Assembly (NCBI GenBank): GCA_021836725.1
Contig: JAKBHL010000014.1
Coordinates: forward strand, 1 to 61,659
DNA length: 61,659 nt
Reading direction: 5' to 3'
Origin: a bacterium
GTDB lineage: Bacteria > Patescibacteriota > Minisyncoccia > Phycocordibacterales > Phycocordibacteraceae
Every line of letters begins with the position of its first letter. Positions within the stretch are counted from its first letter, which is position 1. Shown piece after piece: positions 1 through 10,267 of this stretch. Position numbers and translations under genes: made by a program. The notes beneath the pieces are model-generated. The model was not told the origin of the DNA. It worked only from the letters and a program-made list of their open reading frames with translations, and ran no database searches.

Positions 1-225
1 AGTGACCGGTGCGTTCGGGTTACCGTAGTAAGGATCGCCCGCGGTTTTTACTTTGCTTATATCTGCGGTTTGCGCAGGAGGCGGCTGGTTTGGACTGCCG
101 ACGGCAACTTGAGTATTTGGATGCTGTCCACTCCAAATAACTGCTCCGGCAATGAAGAGCCCTGCGGCAACGACTGAAATCGGCGTACTTAACGAAGAGG
201 GTGTTTTTTCAATTTTAGATTCCAT
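1..225 (-). CDS. DsbA/thioredoxin-fold protein, N-terminal part (runs off window start)
   Basis: Manual translation from ATG at 225: MESKIEK...TM helix...KTAGDPYYGNPNAPVT; open to base 1; GNPNAPVT is typical just before the CxxC of DsbA-family proteins. Confidence 0.75.
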   Translation of the reverse strand, partial: MESKIEKTPSSLSTPISVVAAGLFIAGAVIWSGQHPNTQVAVGSPNQPPPAQTADISKVKTAGDPYYGNPNAPVT

Positions 226-287
226 ACAACGTCGCTGGATACGAATAAAAGCCGATGCAAACGCATCGAAGAAACCGGCTTCTATCG

Positions 288-692
288 TTAGAACGCCTTT
301 GAGTGAAGGATGCCTCGCGCAAACGCTTCTTGGAGAGTATGTCGGAAAAGTATTTTATCTCTGACTGATGAGGAGCGTCTCGATGGTTCGGAAAATAATT
401 CCAGACTCTTCCGCATGAACGGAATGAGAGGAATGAACGAAAAAGCTAGAAGCAATGAAACAATCAGGGCGAAGAGACCGCCAAACGGGACAGCGGTCGT
501 GAGCATGCTTTGGAGCGCGAATGCGTGATCAAGCGGGCTCATGTGGCACACGGCAGGGACCCCTATAAGAGGGCAGCCGGACATTTCCCCGTCCGTGTTG
601 TGCATCACAATGCCGGCGGAGCCGAGACCAAAACTTCCCACAGCAAGGAAGCCGATAACGCTTAAAAGGATGGCATGTTTTGCAAAACTCAT
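288..692 (-). CDS. Small membrane protein with Met/His/Cys cluster and C-terminal LQEAFARGILHSKAF
   Basis: ORF 288..770 with start moved to MSFAKH; two hydrophobic segments flanking MHN...CP...CHM...H. Confidence 0.7.
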   Translation of the reverse strand: MSFAKHAILLSVIGFLAVGSFGLGSAGIVMHNTDGEMSGCPLIGVPAVCHMSPLDHAFALQSMLTTAVPFGGLFALIVSLLLAFSFIPLIPFMRKSLELFSEPSRRSSSVRDKILFRHTLQEAFARGILHSKAF

Positions 693-781
693 TGAGTTGA
701 AGTATACCGCAGAAAAGCAAGCGGGGGCATAACCCTCCGCGGTTCTGACATAAGATGGCCAGCCAACCAAAAATTAAAAAA

Positions 782-804
782 GCGCCCCAACTAGTGTGGG
801 GCGC
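782..804 (-). terminator. Intrinsic terminator of the 826..1413 gene
   Basis: GCGCCCCA/TGGGGCGC stem followed by a T-rich tract on the minus strand. Confidence 0.6.
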
Positions 805-825
805 GATTGAGTCTTTCTGCAGATT

Positions 826-1413
826 TTAATGAGCGAGCGTAGTACTCATTGCCGGCGCATCTCGAGTAAAGGATTCCACGGACTCTTTCGCTATGGCGAG
901 AGCCGTCTGGATGAGATGCCAATCATACTGCGAGATCTCGGTGGTTATATCCCTATCGGGCAGTACGTCGCTCACAATCTCATCATCAACGAATCCTGCG
1001 GCAAGATAGAGTTTATTTCCACCTCCATACTTACCTTCGCCAGTCCGCTCTTGGATGTCTCTGACAACGTAGCAGATCGCTCTGTCTCGATATCCGTCGT
1101 TGTAGGCGATGAAGAACCATTCTTTATTTGGATACCATTCTGCTTCGATCCTTTCCGTTCGCTTCGCGTTGTACGCGTTGCGAAATGTACGGATGTCCTT
1201 ACTCCAGCTATAGCTATAGTGGAGTTCCGATTCTCTGTACATCGAGTCGGGTTTTGGCGGTTCCATCGCTATGACCTTCAGAATCTCCCGCAACAACTGG
1301 CGCCGCGGAGGAACCCTGTTCAGGCCGATGATGGCACCGGCGAAAAGACCGACAAAAATGGCAACGATAACCCAAGCAAAAAGAACGATGATAGTGACCC
1401 AGACAATATGCAT
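826..1413 (-). CDS. Hypothetical protein with N-terminal TM anchor
   Basis: 195-aa ORF, hydrophobic N-terminus, followed by a terminator. Confidence 0.65.
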   Translation of the reverse strand: MHIVWVTIIVLFAWVIVAIFVGLFAGAIIGLNRVPPRRQLLREILKVIAMEPPKPDSMYRESELHYSYSWSKDIRTFRNAYNAKRTERIEAEWYPNKEWFFIAYNDGYRDRAICYVVRDIQERTGEGKYGGGNKLYLAAGFVDDEIVSDVLPDRDITTEISQYDWHLIQTALAIAKESVESFTRDAPAMSTTLAH

Positions 1414-1687
1414 GATGCTCTCCCGGTGGGTTGATGGATTGAATCCGCCTCTAAATATATCGTACCTTCACATATATGTCAATAGCGTCAGGTAATGTGC
1501 ACGCACATGTGGTAAACAAATCACGCATAACTGTCGTATTAAATAGTGGGTGGCGAGAACCTTGAGATAGACGGAATTCGCCACAGCAGAAAGCGCCCTT
1601 CAGCCTCTTGGCTTCAGGACTCTCCCCGCTGTGGCGAACAGGAATCCTTCCAATCGTCGTACGGCAGTTCCACGGGAGAAACAGACT

Positions 1688-2383
1688 ATGTTCAAAAACG
1701 CACTCGGCCCTCTCACCAGGACACTCGTTGATATCTCGGAATCACGTTTCGGCGTCGTTGCCGACGTCGCGAATCGCCTCAACAGCGGTCGTGGTACCGG
1801 GTGGGACACACGCTTCAGGGCGGCGCGGCGCAAAGGATTTTCCTCCTCTGTGCCCGCAAGCGCCTTTGCGCGCAACGAATACGGGCATGTGATCATCACG
1901 ATCACCGGCCTCAACCTCACGGGTGCCGATGAGATCAAACGGCTCGAAGAGGCAGGGTATCGTGTGGGCGACTATGCGAAGTCCTGCTTTGCGAGCACGG
2001 AGACCGATGACTACGATAAGAACCACCGCCTCGTCGCGGGCCAGACCCATAAGATCGCACTAGTTCTCGGCAAAGAGATCGCACGCGACTGCGACCGCAC
2101 GACTACCGCCTTGCGCAAGCTCGGCGAGAAGTACGGATATGGCAAGCCGCTGGCTGGCCACGTCCCGCGCATCCGCGAGTCCGTCTCGGACAAGCAGATG
2201 GAAGAAATGGATATCGGGTACATCGCCAGTCTCCACGAACCCATCAAGGATTGCGATGATTACCCGCGCGTTCTGAACGTGTGCCGGCTCGACGACGGTC
2301 GCTGGGTCAGCGCCCATTGGGATAATCCCTATAATATGTGGTTCGACTTTGGCGCGTTCGCATTTCCCGTCTCCGTAAATTAG
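1688..2383 (+). CDS. Hypothetical protein with aromatic C-terminal motif (WFDFGAFAFPVS)
   Basis: ORF 1631..2383 with start moved to MFKNALG, which has GGGAG upstream; terminator hairpin at ~2399-2425. Confidence 0.7.
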   Translation: MFKNALGPLTRTLVDISESRFGVVADVANRLNSGRGTGWDTRFRAARRKGFSSSVPASAFARNEYGHVIITITGLNLTGADEIKRLEEAGYRVGDYAKSCFASTETDDYDKNHRLVAGQTHKIALVLGKEIARDCDRTTTALRKLGEKYGYGKPLAGHVPRIRESVSDKQMEEMDIGYIASLHEPIKDCDDYPRVLNVCRLDDGRWVSAHWDNPYNMWFDFGAFAFPVSVN

Positions 2384-2532
2384 TTCTTTGTATTTGGGCC
2401 CCGCATAGCTTCATAGCGTGCGGGGTTTGATTTTTGCATACTCAAAATCCAAGGGTTACGACTGAGACAGCCGGCTTATCCACGGCCGCAGCGCTTCGTG
2501 CGCCGTTTCGATGCTACGCTGTCATTATCCCT

Positions 2533-3120
2533 ATGAATAAAAAAATAGATAAAAAAATAATCGCGGGCGCGATCGGAGCGGCAGTTATTCTCGGCGGGGC
2601 GTGGATATTCTTTGGAAGTTCCTCCGGAGGAAACGGGAGCGGGTCACCCACCGCGACCACCACGCCACAAGCGAGCACGTCGCCGCAACAAACGGCGCAA
2701 ACGCCGTACCGCGCGCCCGCGAAATCACCCGTCTGGCGCCCGGCCCCGAAGCCGCCGGTCGCCGCAAAAATAAGCGGCATCACCCCGCTTGCGTACCTGT
2801 TTAGTCTCAAACAGCCTCTGCTCTGCGCCATTCAGACGACCGATTCCTACAAACGTTCGGGGACCATGTACGTTGCCAACGGAGAAATGCGCGTCAATTT
2901 CGCGCGCACCTCGATGATAGACGACGGTACGTACTACTACGCCTGGACGGACGGCGCTTCGCAGGGCCTCAAGCTCCTTGCGGCCTCAAGCGCGAGCGGA
3001 AGCGCGATCGCGGGTAACGGCGGATTCGATCCGGCATCCAACATCTCGTTTGCGTGCAATCCCTGGACAGCGAACATGAACGTGTTTGTGCCGCCGGCCT
3101 CCGTCTCTTTTTCAAATTAA
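2533..3120 (+). CDS. Membrane-anchored/secreted hypothetical protein with Pro/Thr-rich linker
   Basis: Start moved to MNKKIDKK; basic N-terminus, TM segment, low-complexity linker, globular domain with 2 Cys. Confidence 0.75.
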   Translation: MNKKIDKKIIAGAIGAAVILGGAWIFFGSSSGGNGSGSPTATTTPQASTSPQQTAQTPYRAPAKSPVWRPAPKPPVAAKISGITPLAYLFSLKQPLLCAIQTTDSYKRSGTMYVANGEMRVNFARTSMIDDGTYYYAWTDGASQGLKLLAASSASGSAIAGNGGFDPASNISFACNPWTANMNVFVPPASVSFSN

Positions 3121-3534
3121 ATGGATAAGGCCAGGGAAGATTCCGTGCGCGAGTTCCACGAAGTGTTCGGCCTCACGGTCGGCGCCGATCCGACAGTGGA
3201 GCTTTTGCAATTACGCCGTTCCCTCATTGACGAGGAGACAAAAGAGCTCTTTTCCGATATCGATGCCGCCATCGCTCATTTGAAAATGGGCGAAGCCGTG
3301 CCGCGCGAGCTGTATGCCAATATGCTCAAAGAGCTTGCCGATGTGCAAGTGGTCATTTCGGGCACCGCAGTCGCATTGAAACCATTGAAAGAGTTAGAAG
3401 AGGCTTTCCGGCGCGTGCACGATTCAAACATGAGCAAACTCGGCGAAGACGGGAAGCCCTTGTATCGCGAGGACGGAAAGGTTCTGAAAGGACCGAATTA
3501 TTCCGAACCGGACCTGTCGGATCTCGTTCCTTAA
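3121..3534 (+). CDS. MazG-like / PRA-PH-like nucleoside triphosphate pyrophosphohydrolase
   Basis: VREFH...LIDEETKE...KELAD...VHDSNMSK...GKVLKGPNY motifs. Confidence 0.85.
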   Translation: MDKAREDSVREFHEVFGLTVGADPTVELLQLRRSLIDEETKELFSDIDAAIAHLKMGEAVPRELYANMLKELADVQVVISGTAVALKPLKELEEAFRRVHDSNMSKLGEDGKPLYREDGKVLKGPNYSEPDLSDLVP

Positions 3535-3551
3535 AAACACGGTCTTCAGTG

Positions 3552-3768
3552 TAGAACTCATTTCAAAACCCCATCTCCCCGCGAGAGGTATGCGGCAGAA
3601 AGGAGTACGCCGTCTTTTTGTGCTCAAAAGGTGGCTTGAACTTACGCCGTCGCGCTCCGTTCGGAACTTCGATCCAGAGACTAAATTATATGTTTAACAT
3701 TTAATTTAGGTTTCTAGAGAAGCCTCTTTCTGCCGCATACCCGAGCGGGGTTTTTGAAATGAGTTCTA
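3552..3768 (+). repeat. Foldback MITE/REPIN-like element, copy 1 (with AT-rich hairpin insert)
   Basis: 17-bp terminal IR TAGAACTCATTTCAAAA/TTTTGAAATGAGTTCTA; core shared with copies 2-5. Confidence 0.85.
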
Positions 3769-3769
3769 T

Positions 3770-4504
3770 TCATTCCGCACGCTTCGCCATCCCGATGGCG
3801 GAAAGGAACACCGCGAGCTCCTCTCCCTCGATAGGGCGCCATTGCCCGGGCTTGAGGCCGCCGAGTTTGACGTTCAAGATGCGCGTGCGCTCAAGCGTGA
3901 CGACGGTGTTGTGGAGGGCCGCGACCATGCGGCGTATCTGATGCTTCTTGCCCTCGGAGAGCGTGATGAGGAAGCTCCTCGCGCCGGTCGTGCGCACCGT
4001 GCAGTGTTTCGTCAGGTAGCCTTCAATGTCGACACCCGCCTCCATCGTTTTCCGAAAGCTCTCACGGAGCGGATCCTTGGTTTGCACGCGGTATTCTTTG
4101 TCGTGATCATGCTCCGGATTGAGGAGGCGATCGGTCACCCGTCCGTCGTTGGTGAGGATGATCAGGCCGCTTGAGTCCTTGTCGAGCCGGCCCACCGGAA
4201 AGACATCTAAAGGAACGCTCTGTTTGATACTCTTTTCGCCCCTCTGGGGCGAGTGGGTGATGACGCCAACGGGTTTGTTATAGGCGAAATAAGAGTGCTT
4301 TTTTTGCGGACCGTCGCCCCGAAGCTCGACCGTGTCGCCTTTGCGCACTTTGTCGCCGAGCGCGGCAGTACGGCCGTTGATCAGCACTTTTTTCCTGATG
4401 ATGAGTTCATCCGCACCTTTGCGCGTGGCGACGCCGCTGTGTGCAAGGTATCTGTTTATGCGCATCGGGTACGCGTCTGCTGCGGCGGCAGCGGGTTTGG
4501 GCAT
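3770..4504 (-). CDS. rRNA pseudouridine synthase, RsuA/RluB/RluF family (S4 plus catalytic domain)
   Basis: MRINRYLAHSG S4 domain; VGRLDKDSSGLIILTNDG; LSEGKKHQIRRM. Confidence 0.92.
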   Translation of the reverse strand: MPKPAAAAADAYPMRINRYLAHSGVATRKGADELIIRKKVLINGRTAALGDKVRKGDTVELRGDGPQKKHSYFAYNKPVGVITHSPQRGEKSIKQSVPLDVFPVGRLDKDSSGLIILTNDGRVTDRLLNPEHDHDKEYRVQTKDPLRESFRKTMEAGVDIEGYLTKHCTVRTTGARSFLITLSEGKKHQIRRMVAALHNTVVTLERTRILNVKLGGLKPGQWRPIEGEELAVFLSAIGMAKRAE

Positions 4505-4560
4505 ATCCGCCACTATAGCCTGTTTTTCACTTTTTCCGGAAGTGCGTTATGGTGCACTCA

Positions 4561-6021
4561 ATGAGCCGGGAAGAAAGCGTTATCCGCTTCGAGAAGGTGT
4601 CGTTTGAATACGGGCACAACAAGCCGATCCTCGATGCGGTGGATTTCTCCGTGCGGCGCGGGATGAAGATGGCGATCATGGGCCAGAACGGCGCGGGGAA
4701 GTCGACATTGTTTGCGCTCATGTCCGGAGAACTGAAACCGGAATCCGGAGACATACACGTGGCGCGGGGCGTCACGATAGCCACGGCGCCGCAAGTCATC
4801 CCGCGCGGCGAGCTCACGCTCACGGTTCGCGAATTCTTCCAGAGGCGCTTTGCGAAGCCGGTGTACGACATCGATCCGCGCATCGACGCGGTGCTCGAAG
4901 TGGTGAACCTGCATCACCATGCCAAATTGCACGACCGCGTCATGAAGAGCTTTTCCGGCGGACAGCAGGCGCGCCTCCTCCTCGCTTCGGCGCTTATTCA
5001 GAATCCCGACCTCCTGTTTCTCGACGAGCCGACGAACAATCTCGACACTGCCGGCATCAAACATCTTACGGAATTTCTCGTCGAGTATCCCTCAACCTGC
5101 ATCGTCATTTCCCACGACGCGGAGTTCTTGAACGTGTTCACCACCGACGTGCTCTATCTCGATGTCTTTACCCGCAAGATCGAGCAGTACCAGGGGAATT
5201 ATCACGACGTGCAGCGCGATATCCTCATGCGCATCGAGAAAGAGAACAGGAAAAACGCTCAGTTTGAGAAAAAGATCCAGGACAATAAAGACAAAGCGAA
5301 CTTCTTTGCGCAGAAGGGCGGAAAGATGCGGCTCGTGGCGAAGAAAATGCGCACCGAAGCGGAAGAAATGGAGGAAGCGATAGTCGACGTGCGCAAGGAG
5401 GATCGCACGATACGGCCATTCACCATTCCCGCGCAGGAAGGGATCGGCGGCGTCATCCTCTCGCTCTCCTCATACACCGTCCTCAAGGGCGGGAAGCCCG
5501 TGGAGAAGAAAGCGGACATTGCTCTCAGAAAGAATAACCATCTTCTTTTGCGCGGGCCAAACGGCATCGGCAAAAGCACGCTCCTCGAGGCGATCGCCCG
5601 TAGGGTTGCGCCCGGCGCGCGCATCGCCGAGGGGGTGAAGGTCGGCTACTACCGCCAGGATTTCTCGACGCTCGATTTCGATCAAACGGTATTCGATGCG
5701 CTCATGAAGGCCATGGGGAAACCGGAGGAAGAGCGCATGCGCGCGACTGCCGCAGGATTCCTGCTCACGGCGGACGTCATGCGCACGAAGATTGGCAACC
5801 TTTCCGAAGGGCAGAAAGGGCTGGTCGCCCTTGCCTCGCTCGTCCTCAAGCGGCCGGGACTCCTCATACTCGACGAGCCGACAAACCACATAAACTTCCG
5901 GCATCTGCCCGTTATCGCCGCGGCGCTTGACGCCTATGCCGGCGCGATGATCCTCGTCTCGCACGTGAGCGAATTCGTCTCCCAGATCCGCATTGACGAC
6001 ATCCTCGACCTCGAGAAGTGA
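4561..6021 (+). CDS. ABC-F family ATP-binding protein
   Basis: Two ABC domains (GQNGAGKST, FSGGQ, LDEPTNNLD; GPNGIGKST, LSEGQ, LDEPTNH), linker, no TM segments. Confidence 0.9.
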   Translation: MSREESVIRFEKVSFEYGHNKPILDAVDFSVRRGMKMAIMGQNGAGKSTLFALMSGELKPESGDIHVARGVTIATAPQVIPRGELTLTVREFFQRRFAKPVYDIDPRIDAVLEVVNLHHHAKLHDRVMKSFSGGQQARLLLASALIQNPDLLFLDEPTNNLDTAGIKHLTEFLVEYPSTCIVISHDAEFLNVFTTDVLYLDVFTRKIEQYQGNYHDVQRDILMRIEKENRKNAQFEKKIQDNKDKANFFAQKGGKMRLVAKKMRTEAEEMEEAIVDVRKEDRTIRPFTIPAQEGIGGVILSLSSYTVLKGGKPVEKKADIALRKNNHLLLRGPNGIGKSTLLEAIARRVAPGARIAEGVKVGYYRQDFSTLDFDQTVFDALMKAMGKPEEERMRATAAGFLLTADVMRTKIGNLSEGQKGLVALASLVLKRPGLLILDEPTNHINFRHLPVIAAALDAYAGAMILVSHVSEFVSQIRIDDILDLEK

Positions 6022-6093
6022 GCTGTCCGGACAAGCGGTTTGCAGAGATCTTTCAAAAGAAGGCAGAACAGTGCGCTATAGTTAAGCGAAAGT

Positions 6094-7470
6094 ATGGAAC
6101 ACCGAGAGTTCGAGAAAGAAGTCGAAGAAGCGTTCGAGGCGCCCGCGAAGCTTTTGGAAGACGGCGTCGTGTTGCTCAAAAAAGGGGAGAAAGTACTGGT
6201 CAGTAAGACCCCGCTCAAGCGGGCGGAGGAGTATTGGGATACGCTTGGCCCCGGACTCACGACCGGGGCCGCCGACGACGATCCCTCCGGCATCGCCACC
6301 TACTCGCAGGCGGGTGCGCAGTACGGCCCGCAGCTCATCTGGCTCGCGCTCTTCACGTATCCGTTCATGGCCGTGGTGCAGGAAATGTGCGCGCGGATCG
6401 GACTCGTCTCGGGCCAGGGTCTCGCGGCAAATATCCGGCGGCATTATTCTCCACGCGCGCTCTACATAGTGACGGCGCTTCTATTCTTCGCCAATACGCT
6501 CAATATCGCCGCCGATCTCGGCGCGATGGCCGCGGGGACGCGCCTTCTGCTCCCGAGCGTCGCATTCGAGCTGCTCGTCATCTTTTTCGCGCTGGTGAGC
6601 CTGGCACTCCAGGTGTTCACCACCTACGCGCGCTACGCGAAGTACCTGAAGTATCTGACGCTCGCGCTGCTCTCTTACGTCGTCGTCGCATTCGTCGTGC
6701 ACCTCGATTGGGGCGCTATCCTCTACCATACGCTTGTCCCCTCGCTGACCTTCTCAAAAAATCAGATTTTTCTGATCGCTGCGATCCTCGGAACAACGAT
6801 TTCTCCCTATCTTTTCTTCTGGCAAACCTCCCAGGAAGTCGAGGAGGAGATACGGCGCGGCGAAACCACCGTCAAAACGCGGCGATCGCAAGCGAGCGCA
6901 TCTTTCGTGCGCAGCATGCGTATCGATGTGTGGAGCGGCATGGCTTTCTCGAACCTCATCACGTTCTTCATCTTCGCCGCTTGCGCCGGCACGCTCTACG
7001 CGCACGGCATCACGAATATCGCTACGGCGGATCAGGCGGCGCTCGCGCTGCGGCCGTTCGGGCAGTTTGCGTTTCTGCTCTTTGCGCTCGGCATCGTCGG
7101 AACGGGACTCCTCGCGGTGCCAGTGCTCGCGGGCTCGACCGCGTATGCGATCAGCGAAAGCTTCGGATGGAAGTACGGTCTCTACCGAAAATTGAAACAG
7201 GCATACGCGTTTTACGGCGTCATCATCGTCTCCATGCTGCTTGGCATCGCCGCGAACTTCGCGCATCTCGATCCGATAAAGGGGCTCATCTATGCCGCAG
7301 TCGCAAACGGCATCATCGCGCCGGTCATTCTCTTTTTCGTCGTGCGCCTCTCGGGCAACAGGCGCGTCATGGGCGCACACGCGAACCGCCCGTTCGTTTC
7401 TCTCCTCGGGTGGATGACCATCGGCGCGATGGCCCTCTCGGGCATCGCGGCTATCGTGACGCTCTGGTGA
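6094..7470 (+). CDS. NRAMP-family divalent metal cation transporter
   Basis: GPGLTTGAADDDPSGIATYSQAG; LGTTISPYLFFWQ; many TM helices. Confidence 0.9.
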   Translation: MEHREFEKEVEEAFEAPAKLLEDGVVLLKKGEKVLVSKTPLKRAEEYWDTLGPGLTTGAADDDPSGIATYSQAGAQYGPQLIWLALFTYPFMAVVQEMCARIGLVSGQGLAANIRRHYSPRALYIVTALLFFANTLNIAADLGAMAAGTRLLLPSVAFELLVIFFALVSLALQVFTTYARYAKYLKYLTLALLSYVVVAFVVHLDWGAILYHTLVPSLTFSKNQIFLIAAILGTTISPYLFFWQTSQEVEEEIRRGETTVKTRRSQASASFVRSMRIDVWSGMAFSNLITFFIFAACAGTLYAHGITNIATADQAALALRPFGQFAFLLFALGIVGTGLLAVPVLAGSTAYAISESFGWKYGLYRKLKQAYAFYGVIIVSMLLGIAANFAHLDPIKGLIYAAVANGIIAPVILFFVVRLSGNRRVMGAHANRPFVSLLGWMTIGAMALSGIAAIVTLW

Positions 7471-7487
7471 GCGCGCCACGCGCAAGC

Positions 7488-7640
7488 TAAAACAAAACCC
7501 CCCGCTCGGGTGTGCGGCGGAAAGGAGTACGCCCGTCTTTTTGTGCTCAAAAAGCGGCTCGTACTCGCGCCGTCGCGCTCCGTAAGCCTCTTTCCACCGC
7601 ACACCCCTCGCGGGGAGGCGAGGGGTTGGAATGGGTTTTA
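7488..7640 (+). repeat. Foldback MITE/REPIN-like element, copy 2
   Basis: Same core (GAAAGGAGTACGCC...TTTTTGTGCTCAAAAAGCGGCTCGTACTC...CCGTAAGCCTCTTT); TAAAAC/GTTTTA ends. Confidence 0.85.
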
Positions 7641-7709
7641 ATGAGCCTTGCACCATCCGTATTTTGTTGTATATTGAACGCATCGGCCCGCGCGGCCATT
7701 TTTATTTCC

Positions 7710-9494
7710 ATGGAAATCCGTAATATCGCCATCATCGCGCACGTCGACCACGGCAAGACGGCTCTCACCGACGCTATCCTCAAGCAGACGGGAGCGGTAG
7801 CCGAGGGGACGACGATGGACTCGAACGCGCTCGAGCTTGAGCGCGGCATCACCATTTACGCCAAGAACGCGGCAGTCGAGTACAAGGGCACGAAGATCAA
7901 CATCGTCGACACGCCCGGCCACGCGGACTTCGGAAGCGAAGTCGAACGCGTCCTGCGCTCCATTGATTCGGTGCTGCTCGTGGTGGACGCTCAGGAAGGC
8001 CCGATGCCGCAGACGCGCTTCGTGCTGAAAAAGTCGCTTGAGCTCGGCCTGAAACCGATCGTCGTACTCAACAAGATCGACAAACCGGCGGCAAACCCGG
8101 CCCGCTCCGAAGAGCAGGTGCTCGAGCTTTTCCTCGAACTCGGCGCTTCGGACGAACAATCCGATTTTCCGGTCATCTATTCGATCGGGCGTGAAGGCAT
8201 TGCCATTAAAAATCTTGACGACGAACGCAAGGATCTCACCCCGTTACTCGACCTCATTCTTGAGAAAGTTCCGGCGGCAAATGCCACTGCCGACGCCGCG
8301 GCACCCCTGTTGCTCCAGCCGTTCAATCTCGCCTATGACAATTTCCTCGGCAGGCTCGCCGTCGGCCGCATTTATGCGGGCACGGTCCGCCCCAATCAGG
8401 CTGTGTTCATAAAGAAACCGGACGGCCACACGCGCACCGGCCGCACCACCAAAGTTTTTACGTTCAAAGGACTCGAGCGCGTCGAAGCGGCCGAGGCGAG
8501 TGCCGGAGACATCGCGCTTATCGCGGGTCTTCCCGACATCTACATCGGCGAGACGGTGACGACCGACGAGCAAGCGGCGACGCTGCCGGCAATCGCGGTG
8601 GATGAACCGACGATCATGCTGAATTTCCTCGTCAATAATTCCCCGTTCGCCGGACGCGAAGGGAAGTACGTGACAAGCCGCCAGATTCGCGCCCGTCTCG
8701 AGAAAGAGCTCGAAGTGAACGTCGGCCTCAAAGTCGATTTCGCCAGCTCGGACGTGTTCCGCGTCTCCGGCCGCGGCGAGCTCCATGTCGCGGTGCTGCT
8801 CGAGAATATGCGCCGCGAAGGCTACGAGCTCCAGGTCTCGCAGCCGCAGGTCATCACTCGCGAAGAGAACGGCGTGAAGCTCGAGCCTTTCGAGGAAGTC
8901 ATCATCGATACGCCGTCGGAATTCCAGGGTGCCATCATCGAAAAGCTCGGGCCGCGCGCTTTCGTGCTTCAGAACCTGGTCCAGCACGGGAACATAGCGC
9001 GCCTCACGTTCGAGGGCCCGACGCGCGGCCTTCTCGGCTACAAGAATACGTTCATCATCGATACGCGCGGCGAAGGGATCCTTTCTTCCCGCGTCATCGG
9101 CTTCAAGCCGTATGCCGGCGAGATCAAGAAGCGCGTTGTCGGCTCGATGATCTCGATGGCATCCGGCAAAGCGCTCGGGTACTCGCTGTGGAACCTCCAG
9201 GACCGCGGACAGCTTTATATAAAACCGGCGACCGAAGTGTACGAAGGCATGGTCATCGGCAACACCGCCAAAGGCGAAGAGATGATGGCGAATCCCACGA
9301 AAGGGAAGAACCAGTCGAACGTCCGTTCTTCCGGAACCGACGAAGCCATAGTCCTGGTGCCGACATTCGATCTCACCATCGAACGCGGGCTCGAGATCAT
9401 GGCCGATGACGAGTATTTGGAAATCACGCCCCAGAGCGTCCGTCTGCGCAAGCAGTTTCTCACCGAGAACGAGCGTGCGAAAGCGCGCCGCTAG
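7710..9494 (+). CDS. typA: Translational GTPase TypA/BipA
   Basis: [17 protein letters not shown]; DTPGHADFG; GRGELH; [14 protein letters not shown]. Confidence 0.96.
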   Translation: MEIRNIAIIAHVDHGKTALTDAILKQTGAVAEGTTMDSNALELERGITIYAKNAAVEYKGTKINIVDTPGHADFGSEVERVLRSIDSVLLVVDAQEGPMPQTRFVLKKSLELGLKPIVVLNKIDKPAANPARSEEQVLELFLELGASDEQSDFPVIYSIGREGIAIKNLDDERKDLTPLLDLILEKVPAANATADAAAPLLLQPFNLAYDNFLGRLAVGRIYAGTVRPNQAVFIKKPDGHTRTGRTTKVFTFKGLERVEAAEASAGDIALIAGLPDIYIGETVTTDEQAATLPAIAVDEPTIMLNFLVNNSPFAGREGKYVTSRQIRARLEKELEVNVGLKVDFASSDVFRVSGRGELHVAVLLENMRREGYELQVSQPQVITREENGVKLEPFEEVIIDTPSEFQGAIIEKLGPRAFVLQNLVQHGNIARLTFEGPTRGLLGYKNTFIIDTRGEGILSSRVIGFKPYAGEIKKRVVGSMISMASGKALGYSLWNLQDRGQLYIKPATEVYEGMVIGNTAKGEEMMANPTKGKNQSNVRSSGTDEAIVLVPTFDLTIERGLEIMADDEYLEITPQSVRLRKQFLTENERAKARR

Positions 9495-9640
9495 GAAATA
9501 AAAAAAAGACCGAGCCACTGCATGCGCTCGGCCAAGGCCTCCACCGCGGAGAATAAGGTCAAAAGAGAGTAAAGACCTGCATCCAAGGTATCACATGCCG
9601 GGCCATTGGCAATGGTCGCCATGCTACGCATACGGCGTCC

Positions 9641-9686
9641 GCCCCAAACGCAAAAATCGCCCCCGGGCGATTTTTGCGTTTGGGGC
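9641..9686. terminator. 22-bp perfect inverted repeat between typA and the tmRNA 3' end
   Basis: GCCCCAAACGCAAAAATCGCCC-cc-GGGCGATTTTTGCGTTTGGGGC. Confidence 0.7.
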
Positions 9687-9698
9687 TCATTGATTTTG

Positions 9699-10105
9699 TG
9701 GAGGTGCGGGGAATCGAACCCCGGTCCGAATCCGGCCAAGAAAGCGAGTCTACGACGCATAGTCAGCGTTAGTGTCTACGGCAGGATGCGAGGAACGCAG
9801 ACGAAACCATTCCTGCCCGATCCCTTATTTAGGCGCGCTCCTCGGGAGCGGAGGCGCCGATCCTACAGGTAATTCCACCCCGGTCTCCGGCTGTAGAAAC
9901 CCGGGAGAGGGGATGTCGCGCAGGCGAAGAGCCGTTAGGCGGTCGCGTACGCGAACGCGAAGTCACGCGCACCGAAGTACGGAGACTTCACGCTTGCAAG
10001 AGTGTTCTTGGCAAGTTTGGTTGCTCGTTGGATTTTGAGTGTCATACGAGCGTGCACTGCGTCGCACGTCTTTCAAGGTACAGACCGTCAAAGCCGGTCA
10101 CCCCC
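9699..10105 (-). ncRNA. ssrA: tmRNA; tag reading frame 10012-9935 encodes AKNTLASVKSPYFGARDFAFAYATA*
   Basis: 5' GGGGGTGACCGGCTTTGAC; 3' GGGTTCGATTCCCCGCACCTCCA with G3-U70 pair; adjacent to smpB. Confidence 0.95.
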
Positions 10106-10267
10106 GGGAAGAGCAGGATACCATCCCGCGCTTTCCGTGATCGATCGGGAAATCCGCGCTCGACCTGTCCCTGCGAAGGGTACGGAGTATTTTTCTGTTG
10201 AAAAATCTCCTCGCCCTCGCCTCGTCAGGCTGCGGGAGCCCCTTCTCGGAACAGCTCTTCGCGCGGG

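Noticed and set aside
1688-2383. Diversity-generating retroelement target
   Set aside because: No template repeat or reverse transcriptase in the window; only a loose C-terminal resemblance
9491-9631. Small minus-strand ORF (MRSMATIANG...LFFIS) between the tmRNA and typA
   Set aside because: No family motif, lies behind a strong hairpin, and overlaps the typA stop; unsupported
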